Of a DNA stretch of 64,000 bases, positions 19,273 through 27,684 are shown one piece after another. Under the pieces are notes generated by a model. It searched no databases. It saw only the letters and a list, made by a program, of their open reading frames with translations, and was not told the DNA's origin. The DNA comes from an uncultured candidate division Zixibacteria bacterium (GTDB taxonomy: Bacteria; Zixibacteria; MSB-5A5; UBA10806). The translations under genes and the position numbers were made by a program. The stretch lies in assembly GCA_963817915.1 (NCBI GenBank), contig CAWFQL010000006.1, positions 64,001 through 128,000 of the forward strand, written 5' to 3'. How positions within the stretch are numbered: the stretch's first letter is position 1; every line of letters starts with the position of its first letter.

Positions 19273-19283
19273 GGAGAGAGAAA

Positions 19284-20918
19284 TTGAGAACTATTATATT
19301 ATTGGCTGCGTTCACGTTGGTCTCTACGGTACAAACATTGAGATCGCAAGAACAAATTTCCCTCCTGCCTAATGGCGGTCATTATATAGCAAATAAAATC
19401 ATAGTCACCAATAAATATGGCACGGCTAACTATGCTATCGGAAAGAATATATCGGGTTTCGCAACGACGGGGATAGCATCGATCGATAAATTATGCAGTG
19501 AAATTGGAGTAATCGCTATCGAACCTTTCTATCCAGGCCGCCTTACCAAGCCTAACCTTAAACGGGAACTTGCCAGGATTTATATTTTCACGTTGAAGGA
19601 TGGCATTGATGCTCAAAATATCTTGGGTAGATTTGGTGACGATCCTAATATCGAATTCGCGGATTTGTATGCTGTTCCGGAAGTCTGCTATATTCCCAAT
19701 GACCCGCGTTTCGCCGAGCAGTGGTTTTTGTCGCGCATCCAAGCAGATGATTGCTGGGATATAGTCAGGGGCGACGCCACGCGTTCTGCTGTAATTGGAA
19801 TCGATGATACGGGAGTATATTGGGACCATCCCGATCTTTTCGCCAATATCTGGGTCAACGCGGCTGAAGATGTCAACCATAACGGAATATTTGACCCAGG
19901 CGACAATGATAATATTGACGCTGACAGCAATGGTTATATCGATGACGTAATCGGCTGGGATTTTGGAAACCACGATAATAATCCAAGAGAGGACACCCCC
20001 ATTCATGGCACTATGATTGCCGGATGCGCGTCCGAAGTGACAGATAATGATATCGGCGGCGCCGGGATCGGCTTTTCCGCAAGGTTGATGTGCGTGAAAG
20101 GATCAAATTCGCAGGGTGATCTCGTAGCTGTTTACCTGGGCATTATATATGCGGCTGAGAATGGCGTTAATGTTATAAATTGTTCCTGGGGTTCACCCAA
20201 TTATGTCGGTGCTTACCAGGCGATTATTAACGCCGCATATCAGGATGGAGTTTTTATCGTGGCCGCGGGAGGCGGCACCTCCAATTTAATCTACCCTGCT
20301 GCCTATGACCATGTATTGGCTGTTACCGCTTCTGATCAATATGACCATCTCCTTCCAGGGTTTGGATTCGGATACTGGGTTGATGTTGCCGCGCCGGGCG
20401 AAGCCATTCTCTCGACCTGGGGGCAATCAGGTTATCAATTCACTTCAGGATCGTCATCTTCATCCGCCATTACTTCCGGATTAGCCGGGCTGATCAAGGC
20501 TTGGCATCCTTCGTATAATCCCGATCAGCTGGATACGTTGATTAGGATTTCGGCAGATTCTATCGGTAATCAAAACCCGAACTACCCGAATGCGATTCGT
20601 ATCAACGCCTTCAATTGGCTCAACTTCACAAAAATTGAAGATGCCAAGATTCCCGAAAATTTTTCATTTTCCCAGAACTACCCTAATCCTTTCAACGCCC
20701 AGACCATGATTCAATACTCGCTGTCGGAGCAGGCTGATGTTTCAATCGATATCTTTGATATACTTGGACGTAATGTTGTGAATATTGCCGAAGGATTAAT
20801 GCCGGCAGGAAAGCATCTAGCGGTTTGGGATGCAAGTGAGCAGGCATCGGGAATATATTTCTACAGAATCAAGGCCGGGGATAAGATTGAGACAAAGAAG
20901 ATGGTTTTGATGAAATGA
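19284..20918 (+). CDS. Subtilisin-like S8 peptidase with C-terminal sorting domain (atypical active-site motifs)
   Basis: DDTG, HGT, INCSWG, VDVAAPG; usual GTSMA reads GSSSS and AAGN reads AGGG; QNYPNPFN tail. Confidence 0.88.
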   Translation: MRTIILLAAFTLVSTVQTLRSQEQISLLPNGGHYIANKIIVTNKYGTANYAIGKNISGFATTGIASIDKLCSEIGVIAIEPFYPGRLTKPNLKRELARIYIFTLKDGIDAQNILGRFGDDPNIEFADLYAVPEVCYIPNDPRFAEQWFLSRIQADDCWDIVRGDATRSAVIGIDDTGVYWDHPDLFANIWVNAAEDVNHNGIFDPGDNDNIDADSNGYIDDVIGWDFGNHDNNPREDTPIHGTMIAGCASEVTDNDIGGAGIGFSARLMCVKGSNSQGDLVAVYLGIIYAAENGVNVINCSWGSPNYVGAYQAIINAAYQDGVFIVAAGGGTSNLIYPAAYDHVLAVTASDQYDHLLPGFGFGYWVDVAAPGEAILSTWGQSGYQFTSGSSSSSAITSGLAGLIKAWHPSYNPDQLDTLIRISADSIGNQNPNYPNAIRINAFNWLNFTKIEDAKIPENFSFSQNYPNPFNAQTMIQYSLSEQADVSIDIFDILGRNVVNIAEGLMPAGKHLAVWDASEQASGIYFYRIKAGDKIETKKMVLMK

Positions 20919-21073
20919 TCGTTTTTCCCGAAATAGAATAATCGATCCTGCATTTTAAGGACAAGATAGATTCCGCATCAAGTGCGGAATGACAGAATGT
21001 AAAGATATGCAGCGGTCAAAGGGTACCCCGCCTCAGGAGGACGAGACATTACTCGCTGGAAACAAGCCAGCCC

Positions 21074-21793
21074 TTATTTCCCCAGTACATAAATCACCCA
21101 CGGCGCAATCTTAGTTTCATTCACCCACTGAAATGGTTCAGCATCATTGGCCAACGGCTTGAACATCTCGAGCAATTTTAGGCCGGATTTTTGATAGACC
21201 TCGCGGTAAGCATCATCGAACCAAACTATATCCTCCACGGGCCTGCGATCATCGACATCGGTCATAATGATTTTCACGATGTCACCAGATTTGGCATTTC
21301 TATTTTCAGGAAAGTCTTCTGTAGTAAATGACGCCCACTCATTAACATAAATATCAGGCGAAGAAACCAAATTGACGATTATGCCGTCTTTATCCAAAAG
21401 CTTCTTGATACCGGAAAATAATTCGATTTTCTTTCCCGACGTCGGGATATTATCAAAAGTAAAAGCACTCAATACCATGCCATAATGATTACCATCGAGG
21501 AAGCTGACACTATTCGCGGACATCAAACGGTAGTCTCCATACGGATCAATTTCCTCCGCTTTGGATATCATTTCCGGAGAGATATCAATGCCAATGACCT
21601 GAAACCCCAAATTTCGCAGAAATCGGGTTGAGCGGCCAGCTCCGCAGCCAAAATCGATCGCCGTTTTGCCCTTAACATAATTGGAGATAATTTCGGGCAG
21701 ATCACGATAAGCCAGATAATATGTGCCGGGGAATTCCAGCTTGGAATAGGCATCGGCGCGCCTGGAATCCTCGTAAATATTTTCGAATTGCAT
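21074..21793 (-). CDS. Class I SAM-dependent methyltransferase
   Basis: AIDFGCGAG, GIDISPEM motifs. Confidence 0.88.
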   Translation of the reverse strand: MQFENIYEDSRRADAYSKLEFPGTYYLAYRDLPEIISNYVKGKTAIDFGCGAGRSTRFLRNLGFQVIGIDISPEMISKAEEIDPYGDYRLMSANSVSFLDGNHYGMVLSAFTFDNIPTSGKKIELFSGIKKLLDKDGIIVNLVSSPDIYVNEWASFTTEDFPENRNAKSGDIVKIIMTDVDDRRPVEDIVWFDDAYREVYQKSGLKLLEMFKPLANDAEPFQWVNETKIAPWVIYVLGK

Positions 21794-21937
21794 AAGATTA
21801 TTATAACTTAATGAATTATAATCGTCAATAGCTCCAGTTAACTTCTCCGATTTATGTTGACAACAAATCGAAACATGGATAAATTATGCTTGTTAAATAT
21901 GTAAATGCCTCTGTTACTTGAAAAAGGAAGATAAATT

Positions 21938-23539
21938 ATGAAAAGCGCTATCGCAGTAATAGTTGCATTTTTTGTCTTAACTTGCGCTTCAATGGGAACT
22001 GAATTACAAGGCGATTTAACTGGCACGCTACTGCGGGCCAACAGTCCCTATCAGGTTATTGGTAATATCAATGTGCCTCGATACGCAGCATTGATTATCG
22101 AGCCCGGAGTTGTATTTGATTTTCAAGGTTATTATGAGTTCGTTATCAATCAGGAGGCCACCCTCACTGCCATTGGCAATGAAACTGATTCCATAATCTT
22201 TACGTGCGATACATTGGTAAATATAAACAGATGGCGCGGAATTCGATTTGATCGATCATACTATACATCGGTTCTCCAATATGGCCGTGTTGAATACTCC
22301 AAGGATACTGGCATTGAATGCTACTACACACATCATAAAATCGCAAATTGCACAATCCGATATAATGCCGGCATTGGCGGTGAATTCGATGGCGGCGGGA
22401 TACGATGTGACTATTTTGCTACTCCCATTATCATCGATAATATAATTACAATGAATACCGCGTATAATGGAGGGGGAATTTGTCTGAATACTTACAGTGC
22501 ACCCATCATAAATAATAATATTATCAGCAATAATACTGCCGAAGCCGGCGGTGGAATTTTCGCGACTGGCGGCGAAAATAGCGAAATCATAAACAATCAA
22601 TTCGATCATAATTCAGCCAGAAACGGAGGTGGAATTTATCTATCATTTCAAGGAATATTTTTAGTCGAAAGCAATGTATTTTTAGGTAATCACGCGGACA
22701 GCGGGGGCGGCGGGTTGTATTCAAAAAGATGCGTTAAAATTACGGTAGATAACAATCTCCTTACTGATAATCACGCCGATTCTTCAGGCGGGGCCGCATA
22801 TTTTGATTTTTGCGATTCAGTTCGATTTTTCAATAATTTGGTGGTCGAAAATTCCGCCTATTTAAATGGGGCTATTGGAATCGGTCCGCCATGCCCGGTA
22901 AAGATGTTTAATAATACTATTTGCAACAATATCCAGACCGATCAAGAATCAAGCGCGATCTACTGCGATTCATGTAGACTTGTAAATAATATAATCTGGA
23001 ATAACGGGGCGCACGAGATAGGCGGCAATGCAATTGTCAGATACTCCGATATTCAGGGCGGTTATCCTGGCGACGGTAATATAAACACCGATCCGATGTT
23101 CCGCGATACGGTCAACAGTGATTATCATTTGATGTCAACTGCGTGCGGCGATTTGTACGATTCGCCATGCATCGATACAGGCAGCCGAGTGGTTTTGGAC
23201 GACGCACTCAATTGTGATCGAGGATTAGGTACCGAAGCATCTGATATGGGGGCTTATGGAGGTGGTATTTATCCTCGTTCTTATATCGAAGGTGATGTCA
23301 ATGGATCTTATTCGTTTAATGGACTTGATGTCACCTACTTGGTAAATTACTTCAGGGGCGGGGCTCCACCGCTATTTAGTTGTGAATGCGGGTCGAATCC
23401 TCATTTTTACGCAACCGCCGATGTCAATGGCAGCTGTACGGTAAATGGCCTCGATGTCACATATATGGTAGGCTATTTCTTCGATCCTCATAGATTTCCT
23501 CCCAGATCTTGCGACGATTGCCCGGCAACGGAATATTAA
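21938..23539 (+). CDS. Secreted right-handed beta-helix protein with C-terminal dockerin-like domain
   Basis: N.A..GGGI repeats; GNINTDPMF, SPCIDTG, DMGAYGG; duplicated GDVNGS..NGLDVTY.V.YF. Confidence 0.85.
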   Translation: MKSAIAVIVAFFVLTCASMGTELQGDLTGTLLRANSPYQVIGNINVPRYAALIIEPGVVFDFQGYYEFVINQEATLTAIGNETDSIIFTCDTLVNINRWRGIRFDRSYYTSVLQYGRVEYSKDTGIECYYTHHKIANCTIRYNAGIGGEFDGGGIRCDYFATPIIIDNIITMNTAYNGGGICLNTYSAPIINNNIISNNTAEAGGGIFATGGENSEIINNQFDHNSARNGGGIYLSFQGIFLVESNVFLGNHADSGGGGLYSKRCVKITVDNNLLTDNHADSSGGAAYFDFCDSVRFFNNLVVENSAYLNGAIGIGPPCPVKMFNNTICNNIQTDQESSAIYCDSCRLVNNIIWNNGAHEIGGNAIVRYSDIQGGYPGDGNINTDPMFRDTVNSDYHLMSTACGDLYDSPCIDTGSRVVLDDALNCDRGLGTEASDMGAYGGGIYPRSYIEGDVNGSYSFNGLDVTYLVNYFRGGAPPLFSCECGSNPHFYATADVNGSCTVNGLDVTYMVGYFFDPHRFPPRSCDDCPATEY

Positions 23540-23600
23540 AATTCAAAGGCCAGTTCGGCAGGAGTCTTCGACTCCTTCCCTACACATGCAAGTAATAAAT

Positions 23601-23633
23601 AAAAAGGGGCGTCAGTGCATGATGACGCCCCCT
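23601..23633. terminator. Intrinsic terminator between convergent genes
   Basis: AAAAAGGGGCGTCA-loop-TGACGCCCC. Confidence 0.7.
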
Positions 23634-23648
23634 TAGAACGATGGATCG

Positions 23649-26255
23649 TCAGAGGGGATTTGACGAAGCATCATCAAGATCAAATGAAAGCCTATAGGCG
23701 CCGCGGCCATTGGATAGAATAGTCAGCCCGGAATCAATTTCATCAATCTGACACCTGAGCTTACTGATATATTTTGTCTGATTGAATCCCGGTTCGAGAA
23801 TTTCTTTGTCGACCCAAGGCTTTTTGTCGATAAATCCGCTCCAGAGCCTCTGCAAAAATTGATATAATTTCGGTTGAAGATAGATCGATTTGCCATTTAT
23901 TAGAACTTCGGAGAGCATTTTCTTTGTTGATCCGGTGAAGACAAGTGATGGCTTGATCGCCTTGACGCATTCTGATTCAAAATGATTTTCAGATGATTTA
24001 GGTTTTGCAGTTTCTTTGAATCCGCCGTTTTTGATATCTTTTTCGCGCCATTTCCTGATAATTTCCTGAACAGGCGTCGGAACGATACTGTTCAATGCCA
24101 CAAATTCGATATTGCGCAGATCGTTTTCGTCGCGTATTCCAAAGTCGTATAGCCGTCGAATAAATTCCCTATCGATTTTCAAAGCCTTCGCCAATGGCAG
24201 CCGAGATTCGTCAACACCTAATCGCAATCGTTCAGCAAATTTCCCCAGTTCTGACGATAAATCATCGCTGAAGCGATTTAAATCGGAAAACGATCTGCCG
24301 AGTTTATCGATAGCGCTTACCAGCCAGGCCAGATTCAGGGCATCTCGTTTGAGCCGCCCCGCGCCCTTGCGGAAAAATATCTCTATATCACGTGTTGGCA
24401 TACCTGAAATCCATTCGGTAATAAAAAGCAATACGCCAAGCCGCCCATTCTCACTTGGATTGTCGAAATTATGGAGTGACGTCCTGAGTATTTTGGAATC
24501 ATCAATTGTCTTTGCGCCCCAGAATTCATTCAAACGCGAGGCCAGATACTCCCCTGATGACTCATCCAGATAATAACCGCCGGAAGATTCCGCCCATTCG
24601 ATAAGGTCTGTAGAAAAGAAGAGCCACTCGAGCGCGGAATTTATCCCACACCCGGCGATAGCCTCTTTGATTTTGATAGCTGATATAACTGACAATGACG
24701 ATGAACTGGCTGCCTTGCCGAAATTCGTAAGCTCGATCTTCCCCCAGCTTTGGAACAACGAAAGCCCGCCTTTTTCAAGGATCGATACGGCTTCTTCAAT
24801 ATTATTGGAAAGATCTTCGCCGATATTTCCGCAGTAAGAGGCATAAAGCGTTCTGCAGATATTCGCGATATTTTCAGGCTTTTGAGCCGCCCCGCATGAT
24901 ACCAAATGTAATATAAAATCAGTTAATTGATCATTACTGAATCCCGAGCAAGGATCGTCGGTCTTCCCATATATATATTTATCCCAGAGAATCTCATGTT
25001 CATAAGGTGATTCGGCGGTCATTATCGCGCGACCGTACTTCTCCCCCGTTCCCAATCGTCCGGCCCGTCCAGCGGCCTGGTGATAATCGATACTTGTTAA
25101 TGGTACCAGATGCTCGCGGCAATTGGATGACTTCTCGCCGGAGTATTTCATGGCATCGATAAAAACATTTTTGGCCGGAAGATTCACTCCCCAGGCCAAT
25201 GTTGAAGTTGAAGCCAGCATCTTAATGTCACCATTTCGAAACCCCTGCTCGACCAACTGCCTTTGATGCTGATCGAGATCGGCGTTATGGAACGCGACCC
25301 CGTGGGTGAGGCAGCGCTCCAATTTATCATTCTGTATAGATGGCGGAATGTCGGAAATCATTTTAAGAGATTCGGACGCGGCAGGGAGATTCATGTTTAC
25401 GGCCAAATAATAGGCCATATTTTCCGATGATTTGCGCGAATTCGTGAAAATTAGTATTTGTTCGTTCTGGTCCGAAAGATGTTTGATAGCGCAAAGGCTC
25501 TGGGCATTGAATGGACCCTCGGATTCGGTATCGATTTGAGCCAGCCAATGCTCATCACCCTCGCAAAGATCATTGAATCCTCTGAAATGAAATGTCCCTC
25601 GATGAAGAACTCCTAATCTGAGATCGACTGGTCGTCTGTTCTCTTCTATTAATGGCAGATTCAACCATTTGGATATTCTTTCCGGCGATGATCCGCTGCC
25701 AATCAATATGATAATTTGCGCCTGGGGGTTGAATATCCTGATTTTTAGAATTGCCAGTTCCAATTCGATCCCCCGTTTTGGATCTGATATCAACTGGAAT
25801 TCATCAAATATGAATACCGAGGTATTCCTGATAAGCGAAATATCACATGACGTTAATGCGTTGAATTTTTCATATATGAGAATACCAAGATCGAAATCGC
25901 CCTTACCTATCTTAGAGTCATCATCGGTATGATCTCTCGTAGAAAGTCGAATTTTAACGCCCAGCGGCGCATATCTTGGTCGGAAAAGCCGGTATTTTTC
26001 CTCGGCGATTGCCTTTAAAGGTAGTAAGAAGATCGCTTTTTGCCGTTTAACAGCCCTCGACATCGCGGCCATTTCGCCGCAGAATGTTTTGCCCGATGTC
26101 CCCGGCCCGCTGATGACAAGGCTCTTGCCGTCAATAAGCCCAAATCGCATAACGGCTTCAGCTTGTATCGGCAAGAGAGAGCTGATACCGTCATCGAACC
26201 ATCGCCTGACAAGTTGGCCAGTCAGGCCGTGTCTTTCCAGTGTTTCTATTTTCAT
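23649..26255 (-). CDS. Ski2/Hel308-like SF2 helicase with C-terminal winged-helix domain
   Basis: GPGTSGKT, LPLKAIAEEK, DEFQ, HGVAFHNADL, STSTLAWGVNLPA, QAAGRAGR; C-terminal YISKLR...GRGAYRL wHTH-like. Confidence 0.88.
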   Translation of the reverse strand: MKIETLERHGLTGQLVRRWFDDGISSLLPIQAEAVMRFGLIDGKSLVISGPGTSGKTFCGEMAAMSRAVKRQKAIFLLPLKAIAEEKYRLFRPRYAPLGVKIRLSTRDHTDDDSKIGKGDFDLGILIYEKFNALTSCDISLIRNTSVFIFDEFQLISDPKRGIELELAILKIRIFNPQAQIIILIGSGSSPERISKWLNLPLIEENRRPVDLRLGVLHRGTFHFRGFNDLCEGDEHWLAQIDTESEGPFNAQSLCAIKHLSDQNEQILIFTNSRKSSENMAYYLAVNMNLPAASESLKMISDIPPSIQNDKLERCLTHGVAFHNADLDQHQRQLVEQGFRNGDIKMLASTSTLAWGVNLPAKNVFIDAMKYSGEKSSNCREHLVPLTSIDYHQAAGRAGRLGTGEKYGRAIMTAESPYEHEILWDKYIYGKTDDPCSGFSNDQLTDFILHLVSCGAAQKPENIANICRTLYASYCGNIGEDLSNNIEEAVSILEKGGLSLFQSWGKIELTNFGKAASSSSLSVISAIKIKEAIAGCGINSALEWLFFSTDLIEWAESSGGYYLDESSGEYLASRLNEFWGAKTIDDSKILRTSLHNFDNPSENGRLGVLLFITEWISGMPTRDIEIFFRKGAGRLKRDALNLAWLVSAIDKLGRSFSDLNRFSDDLSSELGKFAERLRLGVDESRLPLAKALKIDREFIRRLYDFGIRDENDLRNIEFVALNSIVPTPVQEIIRKWREKDIKNGGFKETAKPKSSENHFESECVKAIKPSLVFTGSTKKMLSEVLINGKSIYLQPKLYQFLQRLWSGFIDKKPWVDKEILEPGFNQTKYISKLRCQIDEIDSGLTILSNGRGAYRLSFDLDDASSNPL

Positions 26256-26274
26256 TGATTACGATATTTGAAAA

Positions 26275-26469
26275 CTAAGCGCATGCGCTCCAACCGCATA
26301 CCGGACATGAAAAGCATCCACCATCGGTGCCCACGCGATTGAAACAGCTCGGGCAATAGATTACGTAACAGCCGACACACACCATTAAGTCACCATCGTA
26401 CACAAGGTTGCCACCGCAATGACAATGCTTTTGAGCGGCGAAGAGGTCATATTCCATCTTTCTGGTCAT
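26275..26469 (-). CDS. Small multi-CxxC zinc-ribbon protein
   Basis: CHCGG, CVGC, CPSC, CPVCGWSAC; RBS AAGGAGG; co-oriented upstream of the helicase. Confidence 0.75.
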   Translation of the reverse strand: MTRKMEYDLFAAQKHCHCGGNLVYDGDLMVCVGCYVIYCPSCFNRVGTDGGCFSCPVCGWSACA

Positions 26470-26498
26470 CTTGCCTCCTTTATTAGGTTATCGACCAA

Positions 26499-26539
26499 AT
26501 ACTGCACTTAATTATACTGCACATTTGAATAGTTGTCAA
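26499..26539 (-). promoter_or_regulatory. Consensus sigma70 promoter overlapped by a 9-bp direct repeat
   Basis: TTGACA-17-TATAAT (26539-26511); GTGCAGTAT twice (26514-26522, 26499-26507). Confidence 0.75.
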
Positions 26540-26690
26540 GGTGTTTTTTGATTTTTTAATATTTTTTTCTATCACGATCATTATTTGTGGAATCTGCGGC
26601 TAGGTATTTTTGTTTAGCGTTTTTAATATAACTGGAGATTTTAGTAAGTTTTTCTTGACATAGAAAATTATGCACATTATATTAGACTGT

Positions 26691-26891
26691 ATGAAATTGA
26701 TTGCTAAAATACGGCCACACAGGCGTAAGACGGGGCTGACTCAGGCTGACTTGGCAACCGAGGTCGGTGTATCGCGCCAGACCATTATCTCGATCGAAAA
26801 AGGCACATGCGTGCCATCTACATATCTGGCGCTCAAACTTTCTCGCGCTCTTAAAAGACCTGTGGAAGAGCTATTCACGATTGAAGAATAA
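26691..26891 (+). CDS. XRE-family HTH transcriptional regulator
   Basis: LTQADLATEVGVSRQTIISIEKG...PS..LALKL; TTGACA-17-TATATT ends 7 nt before the ATG. Confidence 0.9.
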   Translation: MKLIAKIRPHRRKTGLTQADLATEVGVSRQTIISIEKGTCVPSTYLALKLSRALKRPVEELFTIEE

Positions 26892-26910
26892 AAACTTAAG
26901 AGGAGGACCG

Positions 26911-27663
26911 ATGATTAAAACGCTTATTAGAGCGTTAGCGGTTGTGTTAGTTTTTTCATTTTTGACCGCTTCTGCCGATGAAAATTGCGCATCCAAATGT
27001 GCCGCCGCCAAGGCCGGAGCATGTGCAACTGCAAAAAAGACCGCAGATACCAAAGATACCAAAGCTTCATGCTGCCCGTCGTCCGCAAAAGCTCAGACTA
27101 TTGGCATGACCATGAATACCGATGAAATTAAGACTGACGATAAAGCGGCCCAGGTAACTACTCAGGGCGCGGCCACAGCCACAGCAGTTGAACCGGCAAA
27201 AGAAGAAGCCAAGGCAGTCAAGGCCAGCGATGCAACCGCTACAGCCAAAGCAGCCGATGCCACTTGCCCGGACGTAAAGGGTCAATCGACATTAGAGAAT
27301 TTCCACAATGTGCTTCACAAGATGCACACTGCTTATAAAGATAAGAAATACGACGAGATCCGCGGCTTGATGCCGGCTATGATCGAAAAATCAGATCCTT
27401 TCAAGACCTATGTTTGCCCGATGTCCGGCGGCAAATGCTCGGCTGAATGTCTGAAAAATTTCGAAACCAAGAAGACAGCCTTCCTGACCTCTATCGAAGG
27501 TCTTAATAAGGCTTGCGGAACCAAGGATAACGCGGCGGTTGATGCCGAATTCATGAAGGTGCATGAATCGTATGTGACATTCGCCTCCACATGCAACCCA
27601 GCGGCCGAGACTTCAAAAGAAGCTCCCGCTACCGAAACCAAAAAGGCGACCGAGACCAAGTAA
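26911..27663 (+). CDS. Secreted Cys/His-rich protein
   Basis: Start MIKTLIR after AGGAGG; signal peptide; many Cys; FHNVLHKMH helical domain. Confidence 0.75.
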   Translation: MIKTLIRALAVVLVFSFLTASADENCASKCAAAKAGACATAKKTADTKDTKASCCPSSAKAQTIGMTMNTDEIKTDDKAAQVTTQGAATATAVEPAKEEAKAVKASDATATAKAADATCPDVKGQSTLENFHNVLHKMHTAYKDKKYDEIRGLMPAMIEKSDPFKTYVCPMSGGKCSAECLKNFETKKTAFLTSIEGLNKACGTKDNAAVDAEFMKVHESYVTFASTCNPAAETSKEAPATETKKATETK

Positions 27664-27684
27664 ATCATTTTAGATAGTTATATG

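Noticed and set aside
26499..26535. Canonical LexA SOS box at the helicase promoter
   Set aside because: Only a mismatched CTG-N10-TAG is present; recorded as an unassigned direct repeat instead.
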